A stretch of 64,000 nucleotides of DNA from Oligoflexales bacterium (GTDB taxonomy: Bacteria > Bdellovibrionota_B > Oligoflexia > Oligoflexales > JAPPIL01), in assembly GCA_965226195.1 (NCBI GenBank), contig OZ245333.1, positions 2,152,275 through 2,216,274 on the forward strand, written 5' to 3'. Shown piece by piece: positions 55,961 through 64,000 of this stretch. Position 1 is the stretch's first letter. Every line of letters starts with the position of its first letter. The position numbers and the translations under genes are program-made. The notes under the pieces are model-generated. The model ran no database searches, had not been told where the DNA came from, and saw only the letters and a program-made list of their open reading frames with translations.

Positions 55961-58900
55961 CTAATGCTCAATCTCCTTTGACTTTGACCAACCCATCTTC
56001 TTTCTGATGAAATCCTCAGCCCAGAGCACATGGTCTTTGCTGAGAAGTAGCCAGACAAGTGCGTAAATAGCTAAACCCTTACCAACCCAGGGGGCAATTC
56101 CCCTAAGGGTTTTTAATTCGTAGGTTTTGCGGTGAAATTTGGAAGCCATTAAAGTAGTTACTATGCCCAACCCAAACAGTGTCACAGGTTTAAGGAAGCT
56201 ATTCATCTCAGTTGGAAACGGTGGATTGAGCATGGCAAAATGCAGGAGATGCTCTGCCTCTTCTTTGCTAACAGCATAGTCCTCGCCAGTTTTGACAAGC
56301 TCCACTAAACGACGGTAGATTGCTCTTTTTACTGCAATATCGTTGGTATTTGCTATCTGCGCCACGAGTCCCATATAGGGAGTGAGGTCAGCGGCTGACA
56401 GGAGATCTTCTTCTGCGACGCGCATTCCAGCTTCGATTTCCACTACTGCTTTGACTAGAGATGGGGGTGTTTCTTTGACAACATCACTATAGACACCGAC
56501 TAGTGCATTGTAGCCTTCCTCTAGCTCAGCAGCATCTTCTTGATCGATGGCTTTTTTCAGCTGCACCTTGGCTTGCATGAACAAAACGTTTTTGCTACCC
56601 ATCTTCGCTTCGCGTAGATGCTGAACTGAGTAAAAGGCTGGCCACAGCCAAGCATACGCCCACATTGCCCAAGTGAAATGAAAAATCCACTGATATATAG
56701 CTGCCTTGGTATTGACCTTTACCAGAAATCTTCGTGCCAGCAAGGAGTAGGCGAAACTAGCCTGCATCGTCACCACCATCACCCGCAACATATCCATATA
56801 TTTTCGCCCGTAGTCGACATTTCTGAGATCGATGGCGTTCTTACCCATATCAGCAATGCTGCCAAAGAGGGACGCATGGTTATCCTTGCCCGCTACCAAC
56901 AGTTCTTCGAGCGGTCGATAATTGCTTTCCTCAATCCTTTTTAACATCTGAAAGACAAGGGAATTTCGTCCCTGACCAGCGATACTGTAAGCGTAGATCT
57001 GGCTTGTCAGCGCCTCCATGTGCTCGCGGTGCCAATAGGGGGGGCGTTTTCCAGACATAAACAACTGCCTGATGTCTGCAGCATTGCCATGAGCTTTAGT
57101 TCTAGCCCCGTAACCCCCCTCAAGTAACACAACGGTAAGAAAGTCAGTCCAGAATTGATTCCACACCATCGAAGAGACAAAATCATCGGGATCGACCACC
57201 TGCAAGAACATGGTCTCGTCTGTAGCAACAGTAGCAATTCCCTTTCCCAGCCAGCCTACCGAGCGCTTCGCTTTTAACTGCAGACGACGTGCAATGCCGT
57301 CGTAATACGAAAGTGTAAATACTTGCGGTTTCGTCTTTTGCAGGAAATTGTAAACCTGTGCATGGCTCACTGTGTGCAAATCGGGAAAGACACCACCGCG
57401 ATACAATTGGTAGACCTCTTCCTGCAAACCTACTGCCAGCTTCTTCCATTTATCCTTGAACTGCGAGCTGTCTATTTCAGCAGTTAGCTCCTGCATATCA
57501 GGCTGTTCCTTACCGAGCAGATACTCACTACCGATGATATAAGCCGCTATTTCCCAGCCTAGCCCCTGTGCTCTAACACGCTGTTGTTGCATAGCAGAGA
57601 TCGCCCTGCGTCTGACTACTTCGCTGTCCGTATCCCTGTTTAGGGGATTACGCAAACCGACAGCGATAGTCTCATCCGATTGCAAACCGATGCCCTTACC
57701 AATAGGCGAGTTGCCCTTCACTTCATCGAGCGGTGACACCTGTGCCGCTAATGCTGGTATCAAAGTCGTCTGTCCTGTCCAGTTGGCGAGGTGATGCCAT
57801 AGGGGGAGGGCAATGAATGCGTAAGTTCTAATCCCCATAAGGGTAAGTTGCTTTTTGAAATCCCAGTCTTGACCCGTTGAGCGTGCGGCTAGGTGCGAGA
57901 TTACTCCTACTGCAGGTATAAGTGCTAGACCAGCTACCGTGGCAATAACGGCACGCTTGCGAGCACCTTTCCTGATTTTGTTGTAAAGCTTCTCCACCGT
58001 GCCCGTTAGATCATTTCGCACCGGTAGGTTTTTTTCACGCAGGAGAACTGGAACACCCTTTTGCTTCAATAGCTCTCGCAGCGAAAGCTCTCGCAGCGAA
58101 AGACCAGCCTTTAACATCCAGGCTGCGCTACCAACAGCAGCAAGGGACGTTAGACCCAGAATATTTGCGGCCAGCCTCTGCAAGTCTCCGCTGTGCAGAT
58201 GCTGATACCTAAACCTTTCAATCTTCAGTCGAAAGGGAGAGACAATGTGTCCCCCCATATCGACATCTGCTACCAGTTGCGGTTCGTTCCATAGTCGTTC
58301 ATAGTCGTTTTCTCGCAAAATTTTCTCTAACACCGTAATCTTTGCTTTCGCCGCAGAGGTGTTCATCACCCTCAAGACGGCGATTCTGTCAATGATCAGC
58401 TTCTTCATATCCTCTGTGTAGAGTTCGCTAAGCATGATCCACGAATTGCTCAAGTCATCCTTGCGCAATCCTTCCTTCAGCTTGTTCAATTTATTCTGTG
58501 CGGTAACATCCTTGAGGATAACTTTGTATTTGGCGTTGACGCTCTTCTCCAGAGCTTTGATGGTGCTCTCTGCTTGTGTTTTAAGTAGTAGGTAATCACG
58601 TTGCCAGCTGGTGTAGGTAAACTCATCGCGATAACTGTTCATACGGACATCGTTTAGGATTATGCGCTGCATACGCTCAGCATCCATGCTTTGCAACACT
58701 TGCTTAGCCTCTGCCGACACCCCATCACGGTAGACTGCAAATTTTTCTGCATCCAGCTGCTGCCCCTGCTCTTTCTCAATTGCAACTGCACCACCAAGCT
58801 GTTGAGGTTTGTCGCTGCGCAGGGAATAGGCGAGACTGCCAAGCAGGTAATTTCCATTGTTGATTTCGGTGACAATAAAGTCGCGAGTCAAAATATCTAT

Positions 58901-59671
58901 CAGCACACGTTTATCGCCCTTTTCTTGCCATAGGACGATATCACCGGCGGTAAAACGGTGCGGTGCATCTATAGGGTGCAATCCACCCTCCTCGTCTGAA
59001 AGATGGGTAAAAGGACGGAAACCACGTGTGACGAAATTCATCTGCAAACTAGCAAGATTATCTGGTGTGATGGTAGCCATCACTTGATGCACTGGCACTG
59101 GTGCTTTGAACAACTCACGGCGCGCAAACGATAAATCGATAGTATAGATGTTACCATCAACGTCTATCACCACTAGTAGTTCCGCATCGTAGGCGATGAC
59201 TGCTGGCTTAACACTCTCTATTACATGCACACCACGTTTGTAACGAAAGGCGAGTGAACCATCTAAGTTCACTATCTTCAGCGCGTCTGGTTGCGGAATA
59301 ATTTTAGGTAGACCACCGCTGGTACCGGCTAAATGGTAACGATCGCTGTTGTTGCCACCCTCGCGCATAACAAGCAAATACTGTTGCGTGAGATGAAAAG
59401 GATCGGGAATATCTCGTGGGTAGGTATTTTCGTCCGCCTGCTCCAGCTCAGCTGCCACTGCTTCCAGCCCAGCTAACGACTCCGACAGTTGCGGGTCTCT
59501 GCCAGCTACAGCAGTCATTTCCTGCAGTGCTGCGATCAACGCTTGCTCACTGGGCGCATCTGCTTCACCTCGCGCCACGGTTGCACCAACGAGATGAACA
59601 GGAAGAGCCAGCTGTGACGCGACCAGCACGACCAAGACATTGCGAGATAAAATTCTTAAGAAAGACATCAC
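55961..59671 (-). CDS. Large (1236 aa) hypothetical polytopic membrane protein with signal peptide
   Basis: This single long ORF has an N-terminal signal, about 480 aa of soluble region, then several hydrophobic helices interleaved with soluble domains. It contains an in-frame perfect 15-bp x2 duplication (58071..58100, SLRELSLREL). I recognise no family. Confidence 0.7.
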   Translation of the reverse strand: MMSFLRILSRNVLVVLVASQLALPVHLVGATVARGEADAPSEQALIAALQEMTAVAGRDPQLSESLAGLEAVAAELEQADENTYPRDIPDPFHLTQQYLLVMREGGNNSDRYHLAGTSGGLPKIIPQPDALKIVNLDGSLAFRYKRGVHVIESVKPAVIAYDAELLVVIDVDGNIYTIDLSFARRELFKAPVPVHQVMATITPDNLASLQMNFVTRGFRPFTHLSDEEGGLHPIDAPHRFTAGDIVLWQEKGDKRVLIDILTRDFIVTEINNGNYLLGSLAYSLRSDKPQQLGGAVAIEKEQGQQLDAEKFAVYRDGVSAEAKQVLQSMDAERMQRIILNDVRMNSYRDEFTYTSWQRDYLLLKTQAESTIKALEKSVNAKYKVILKDVTAQNKLNKLKEGLRKDDLSNSWIMLSELYTEDMKKLIIDRIAVLRVMNTSAAKAKITVLEKILRENDYERLWNEPQLVADVDMGGHIVSPFRLKIERFRYQHLHSGDLQRLAANILGLTSLAAVGSAAWMLKAGLSLRELSLRELLKQKGVPVLLREKNLPVRNDLTGTVEKLYNKIRKGARKRAVIATVAGLALIPAVGVISHLAARSTGQDWDFKKQLTLMGIRTYAFIALPLWHHLANWTGQTTLIPALAAQVSPLDEVKGNSPIGKGIGLQSDETIAVGLRNPLNRDTDSEVVRRRAISAMQQQRVRAQGLGWEIAAYIIGSEYLLGKEQPDMQELTAEIDSSQFKDKWKKLAVGLQEEVYQLYRGGVFPDLHTVSHAQVYNFLQKTKPQVFTLSYYDGIARRLQLKAKRSVGWLGKGIATVATDETMFLQVVDPDDFVSSMVWNQFWTDFLTVVLLEGGYGARTKAHGNAADIRQLFMSGKRPPYWHREHMEALTSQIYAYSIAGQGRNSLVFQMLKRIEESNYRPLEELLVAGKDNHASLFGSIADMGKNAIDLRNVDYGRKYMDMLRVMVVTMQASFAYSLLARRFLVKVNTKAAIYQWIFHFTWAMWAYAWLWPAFYSVQHLREAKMGSKNVLFMQAKVQLKKAIDQEDAAELEEGYNALVGVYSDVVKETPPSLVKAVVEIEAGMRVAEEDLLSAADLTPYMGLVAQIANTNDIAVKRAIYRRLVELVKTGEDYAVSKEEAEHLLHFAMLNPPFPTEMNSFLKPVTLFGLGIVTTLMASKFHRKTYELKTLRGIAPWVGKGLAIYALVWLLLSKDHVLWAEDFIRKKMGWSKSKEIEH

Positions 59672-60252
59672 ACCCCTCCATAATTAATGGACAATATAAT
59701 AAAACATAGAAAAACCAACAAAAGTCAAGAAATTAATTAAAATTTTTCCTGAACAATGACTAACTCATTAAAAATACTGGATTAATCATATGAAAAAAAA
59801 TATCCCCCTGTTAGAGGGGAGCGGAAAGACACCATGATATTACCCCCACCAGCATTGCCTCTGCTCAAACCACACTACAAGCAATGTAAGTGCATCTCGA
59901 CGCAATGCTGAAAGCCCGACTTCCGCAGGTTTTTCGCTGGATGCACTGTTATCATTGGGTTTTGCTGTTAAGGTAAGGCACTACAATTGTGCAGATTTTG
60001 GTCAGTATTTCTTTAGAGTTTGAAAAGGGGGTAATTGCACCTCAATACTACAAGGCACTGGATACCGTAGTCGTAGGCAATTTTGGCAATTTTTTTCTTG
60101 TGCTCAAACATATTACCAGTCTCACAGAGAAAAAGCCTGTTCGTCAACAAAAAAGTAAGAGAAGGCACTACAGATCGCCCCACCCCCTATGCTAAACTAC
60201 CAAACCCCAGAAAAATGGCAGTTTTAGAAAAAATTAGACGGGGGAAAATCCA

Positions 60253-60520
60253 CTCTCCGTGCTTCGCACGTCTCTTTGCCGCTTCGCATGGCTCTTTGTC
60301 CGCTTTCTCGCTCCCTCCACCCCCTCTTCTGTTCGCTAATTTTTGTTCGGGGTCGGTAGGAAGCATCCTGCTTCACCATGACTCTGCTGTCGCATTCGCG
60401 TGAAATGGTTAGCTGGTATGCTTCCTACCGACTCCGTGTAAACTTCTGCAGACATTACCAACGTATGTGTAGCACAAGCACTACCTCCAAAAACAAACCC
60501 CGAATCCATACTCGCTACGC
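60253..60520 (+). repeat. R2 module, direct copy of 96..425
   Basis: Its alignment blocks are listed under 96..425. Confidence 0.75.
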
Positions 60521-60770
60521 CGCTTTTTTATAATGCTCGCTTCACTCGGCTCTTTGTCCGCTTGCTAGCTCCAACTCGCTTTATGCGCTCAGGCATAGTG
60601 CTGGCTAGGGAATGTCTGCCGTTTGCCAAACAATACAACTGATGTGCGAGTTAGATAGGGACGGGGAGGTCATGCGGAGGAGCACTTAACCGGTACCGCG
60701 CGACGATGTATGGAGCTAGGAAGCGGCAAAAGGCTCGCGGAGCGACCAGTCCCTTCAGACTAATACATCT
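60490..60770 (-). repeat. R6 module, reverse copy of about 37020..37290
   Basis: The reverse complement shares catcgtcgc, gctcctc, ggcagacattccctagccagcactat, aagcgag and ataaaaaagcggcgtagcgag with 37071..37290. Confidence 0.65.
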
Positions 60771-60890
60771 TACTATTGTTGTTTTAAAAATAACGGCAGG
60801 CTTGCCATAGCTATCAAAAGCTAACAAAAAGACAGCGAGCATTCATCCATTCAGCTGACAAAAAGACAACTAACTAAAACTCTGTACAAA

Positions 60891-61133
60891 CTACTTGCAC
60901 CAAGCATCACGAGCACGCTGATAATCATGCTGTTGCACATAGTGCAGCTGCGAGACAATTGTGCCATGTTCAGGATAGTGTTCATTCAGGTAACCAACTG
61001 TTTTGGCTGCGCCGCGTTTGAACAAACCTTGTGGTGCATAGTTGTGAAACGGCTCGCAGACAGTAGTGGCAAACAAGTGCCGATGCCCTTGCGCAAAGAC
61101 AGCATCGAGTGTTGCAATCAGTAGCGATGACAC
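60891..61133 (-). pseudogene. 3' remnant of a GNAT paralog (duplicate of the C-terminal third of 61475..62101)
   Basis: The 80 aa read SSLLIATLDAVFAQGHRHLFATTVCEPFHNYAPQGLFKRGAAKTVGYLNEHYPEHGTIVSQLHYVQQHDYQRARDAWC. They are collinear with residues of the intact gene, at roughly 85% nucleotide identity by eye. Confidence 0.7.
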
Positions 61134-61157
61134 ACAACGACGGAGGGACTGTTCCTA

Positions 61158-61355
61158 TTATGTAGGGATAGATAGCTGTTCGACATAGCCTTGCAGGACT
61201 TTAGTTGTTCCCACTATGCTGTCCAGTTGTGGTTTAAGTTCAGCCTTGAGCTCCCTAACCACTTCGGTCTTGAGCTCCCTAACCACTTCGGTCTTGAACT
61301 CAGCAAATTTTTTTTCAAGTAAAGCAACAAGCTCATTGAACTGATCCTGACTCAC
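61158..61355 (-). CDS. Small hypothetical coiled-coil-like protein (65 aa) with an internal perfect 24-bp duplication
   Basis: An ORF is visible, and the 24-bp x2 tandem at 61245..61292 encodes KTEVVREL x2. There is no family assignment. Confidence 0.3.
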   Translation of the reverse strand: MSQDQFNELVALLEKKFAEFKTEVVRELKTEVVRELKAELKPQLDSIVGTTKVLQGYVEQLSIPT

Positions 61356-61474
61356 AATTCCCTCCCCTCGTTAGAGTAGCCTACAGCCATCCTACTACAA
61401 TGTCCGTCCACAAAACAATAGTTAAACCCATCTTCCGTGCCTAGAGCTTGATTTTTTGTTGACAGAGCTATTCT

Positions 61475-62101
61475 TCACTGGAAAGTTGCTTCTTTGCTGG
61501 GGGATGTGCACCAAGCATCGCGAGCACGCTGATAATCATGCTGTTGCACATAGTGCAATTGCGAAACAATTGTACCGTGTTCAGGGTAGTGTTCACGCAA
61601 GTAGCCGACTGTTTGCGCAGCACCGCGTTTGAACAAACCTTGCGCGGCGTAGTTGTTAAACGGTTCGCAGACAGTAGTGGCAAACAAATGCAGATGCCCT
61701 TGTGCAAAGACAGTATCGAGTATGGCAATCAGTAACGATGATACATAACGACGATAACGTGGTAACACCGCCAGCTGCTCAAAGTAAGCAATTTTTTCAT
61801 TTACAATACTAGCAATGGGAATGCTAAAAGCGATGCGGTCTTTCTTTTGCCACAACTCTGATTGGCGCAGTATAGCGTCAGGTAAACATATTGCATACCC
61901 TCCGACACACTGCTCAACTTGCAACACCTTGACCACCGCAGTCTCTAGCCATGCACAGTAAAGCTCACGTGCTGAACCAAGAATAAAGCCACTGCCGCGT
62001 CCTCCATCTACAGGAGGTAAGGCCTGCTTGATCGCAATGATGCTATCTACATCAGAGAGAGTTGCCGCGCGCACTGTGCATTTAGGCAGACTGCTTTGCA
62101 C
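61475..62101 (-). CDS. GNAT-fold acyl/acetyltransferase-like protein
   Basis: It has beta4-alpha3-like FEQLAVLPRYRRYVSSLLIAILDTVF, an atypical motif A without Gly. Its start overlaps the desaturase stop by 20 nt. Confidence 0.5.
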   Translation of the reverse strand: MQSSLPKCTVRAATLSDVDSIIAIKQALPPVDGGRGSGFILGSARELYCAWLETAVVKVLQVEQCVGGYAICLPDAILRQSELWQKKDRIAFSIPIASIVNEKIAYFEQLAVLPRYRRYVSSLLIAILDTVFAQGHLHLFATTVCEPFNNYAAQGLFKRGAAQTVGYLREHYPEHGTIVSQLHYVQQHDYQRARDAWCTSPSKEATFQ

Positions 62102-63026
62102 CTTGCTGCCCCTCTTCGATCAATGTCGGGCCACGTAATTGCTGCAAGACAGCTTGCAACAAACTAAGCGTCGGTTCTTTTGCCGCACGGGGCAAATGCC
62201 TGTTGGCAGGTAACGAGTACCAAGGAATCGAAGGGTCGTGATGATGCACACGATGCTCATTGAAATTCAACAACCACCATGCCGAAATAAATTGCCGCCG
62301 CACGGAACGTGCGTTGTCTCCTACCCGTGCACCAATTGACGTGCGATAATGATAGATATACATCAAGACCGAATAAATCCACGCAAAGCAAAGCAGCGGA
62401 AACCCACAGAAATACAACCATGCCTCACTACCCCAAACTAATCCCACCGCAACATGCAGGGCGATACCTGTGCAAAAAATCGCAAAGGCCTGCAGTTGCT
62501 TACGCCATGTCCAGCCACGAAACGCAGGCGAGATACGCCGTGCCAGACTTGGCGGAATTATAAGTAGAATGAGAATTGAAACCAACGAATGTAAGAAGAA
62601 TCCACCGCCAAACACCGCTACATACCACAACAAATAAGACCAGCAACGTTGCACACGTGGAAATTTACTGCTGATCACATAAACATCAAGTGCCGAAGTG
62701 CGCACATTACGACGATTATGCCCATGATGAAAAAAATGTATCTGACGAAAGACCGACACCGGCACAAGTATTGGCAACAAAAACAATTGCCCTAAAAAAT
62801 CATTCAAGCGCAACGAACGTGGCCACAACTTGCGATGCGAAGCCTCGTGCCCAACCATATAGAGACGCTGCACCCAAAACCCCAACAACACCACTGGTAA
62901 CCAAACAAGCGCTTGCCCACGCAGCCACGCAATCGATGCGAGCAAAAGCCCCGTAACCAATAGCGATTCAAACAACAGCCACAGTGTGTAAGACATATGT
63001 CTGCGGTTGTCAACGCAAGCGGGCAT
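62082..63026 (-). CDS. Membrane fatty acid desaturase family protein
   Basis: It has three His boxes (HEASH, HFFHH, HRVHHH) and TM helices. An alternative start is the ATG at 62996. Confidence 0.85.
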   Translation of the reverse strand: MPACVDNRRHMSYTLWLLFESLLVTGLLLASIAWLRGQALVWLPVVLLGFWVQRLYMVGHEASHRKLWPRSLRLNDFLGQLFLLPILVPVSVFRQIHFFHHGHNRRNVRTSALDVYVISSKFPRVQRCWSYLLWYVAVFGGGFFLHSLVSILILLIIPPSLARRISPAFRGWTWRKQLQAFAIFCTGIALHVAVGLVWGSEAWLYFCGFPLLCFAWIYSVLMYIYHYRTSIGARVGDNARSVRRQFISAWWLLNFNEHRVHHHDPSIPWYSLPANRHLPRAAKEPTLSLLQAVLQQLRGPTLIEEGQQGAKQSA

Positions 63027-64000
63027 TGAGTTTTTCCTGCATCCAGTTGAGCAGTGCAGCTATCTCTTGGTCAACTTCTGCATCGGTCAAGGTCTTGTCG
63101 AGCGAAGCAAAGGACAAGCTAAATGCCATGCTCTTCTTCTCCGCACCAAGTGCAGCATCGGTAAAAATATCAAACAAGCGAAAATCAGCGAGGTGTTTTT
63201 TATCAGGAAAATTTTGCAACGCTGCGGCAACTTCACGATAAGGTATGTCTTGTGCTAACACAAAGGCAAGATCGCGCTGCACAGGCGGATACTTGTTGCT
63301 GTAATCGCCAATCTTGCGCCGCTGCTGTGCCAGACGATAGATGTTGTCGCTTAATAATTCAAAAAACAACACTTTGCCGTCAAGTTTGAAAGCACTCAAA
63401 ACTTGCGGGTGCAACTCACCTAAACAGCCGAGATAAAGGTCTTCGCTATGCACATACAGTGCTGCGAAAGGATTGAAGAAAGGCACATCACGGCTTTGCA
63501 CGGATGTAATCGTTAGGCGTGTTTCGCTTATACCAAAACCACGCAACAACTGTAGAAGAAGTTTTTTGCCAAGATAAATATCAGGCTGCACTTCTTGATT
63601 GCGCCAGCTAGCAAACTGATACGGTGTGTCGATAATTGCTGCGACGATATTGAGTTCACGCGGTCGCACCGCCGTGTTGTCGTTGCTGACATGTAAACCC
63701 TGCTGCTGTAAATAACGATAATGCTCATGTTGCGCATCAACCTGCAAGTCAGCACGAAAATAACCTCGCCCCATCTCAAACAAACGTGTGCCCTTGTTGC
63801 GATGCTTGCGGTTGTTGCTGATAGTGTGCAGTAAATTCGGCAGCAAAGTCGTCTGCAGCGCTTGTAACTGGTCGTTGATAGGGTTGTGCAAGTGCAACGA
63901 AGGATAGAGCGGATGTGTGTCAGCAATCATCAACTTGCCGTAATCACGCGGCGCAGTCATAGCAAAATTAACCGTCTCCTGCAAACCCAACGCAGCACAG
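63010..64000 (-). CDS. pheT: Phenylalanine--tRNA ligase beta subunit, C-terminal part (gene continues beyond the window)
   Basis: The frame is open to the window edge. A B5/core-like block (LHNPINDQLQALQTTLLPNLL...RLFEMGRGYF) and a C-terminal FDX-ACB domain (KSMAFSLSFASLDKTLTDAEVDQEI) are present. Confidence 0.9.
   Translation of the reverse strand, partial: CAALGLQETVNFAMTAPRDYGKLMIADTHPLYPSLHLHNPINDQLQALQTTLLPNLLHTISNNRKHRNKGTRLFEMGRGYFRADLQVDAQHEHYRYLQQQGLHVSNDNTAVRPRELNIVAAIIDTPYQFASWRNQEVQPDIYLGKKLLLQLLRGFGISETRLTITSVQSRDVPFFNPFAALYVHSEDLYLGCLGELHPQVLSAFKLDGKVLFFELLSDNIYRLAQQRRKIGDYSNKYPPVQRDLAFVLAQDIPYREVAAALQNFPDKKHLADFRLFDIFTDAALGAEKKSMAFSLSFASLDKTLTDAEVDQEIAALLNWMQEKLNARLR

Noticed and set aside
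60013-60111. 32-aa minus-strand ORF (MFEHKKKIAKIAYDYGIQCLVVLRCNYPLFKL) resembling the N-terminus of MNT-type nucleotidyltransferase antitoxins
   Set aside because: It is too short and the similarity too vague to support. No partner HEPN gene is adjacent. At best it is a remnant.
1-64000. Prophage, integrative element, integron or classical defence island
   Set aside because: No integrase, recombinase, transposase, phage structural gene, restriction-modification gene or cas gene is recognisable. The only defence-related candidate is the Rpn nuclease gene.

Overview
This 64-kb chromosomal window comes from a diderm (Gram-negative) bacterium. I infer a Myxococcota/Bdellovibrionota-like lineage from gene content only: a PilM-fold GspL plus GspN-type T2SS, prkA-yeaH-spoVR, System I Ccm and a Kdo transferase.

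Core content:
- A minus-strand operon: TolB-like, ccmABCDEG, YbgF/CpoB-like (2.9-7.9 kb).
- prkA-yeaH-spoVR (14.2-19.2 kb), thrS, and an RluA-family pseudouridine synthase.
- Two tandem signal-peptide-bearing M3 oligopeptidases followed by a Tat-signal DUF839/PhoX-like protein (23.0-28.8 kb).
- LPS core genes: a GT9 heptosyltransferase and waaA.
- An MBL-fold hydrolase and aroK.
- A complete contiguous type II secretion operon, gspC-C'-D-E-F-G-H-I-J-K-L-M-N (40.9-55.9 kb).
- A pheT(partial)-desaturase-GNAT operon at the right edge.

Accessory content:
- A secreted ankyrin-like protein, a trypsin-like protease and a frameshifted VWA lipoprotein (8.4-14.1 kb).
- A 641-aa type IV pilin-like protein with a very Cys-rich, thrombospondin-type-1-like C-terminal region, next to a metzincin-ankyrin lipoprotein (33.6-36.6 kb).
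- An Rpn (YhgA-like) nuclease gene, and a 1236-aa orphan polytopic membrane protein.

The most distinctive sequence-level signal is a mosaic family of dispersed repeats that fills almost every long spacer. These repeats also sit inside operons (prkA/yeaH, gspE/gspF) and across the 5' end of gspJ. Decay is also evident: an otsA pseudogene, a GNAT remnant and homopolymer frameshifts.

I saw no rRNA, tRNA, CRISPR array, integrase or intact transposase. My best candidate for something new is the repeat-flanked giant-pilin/metzincin-ankyrin cassette beside the Rpn gene and the T2SS. Its function is an inference, not a demonstration.
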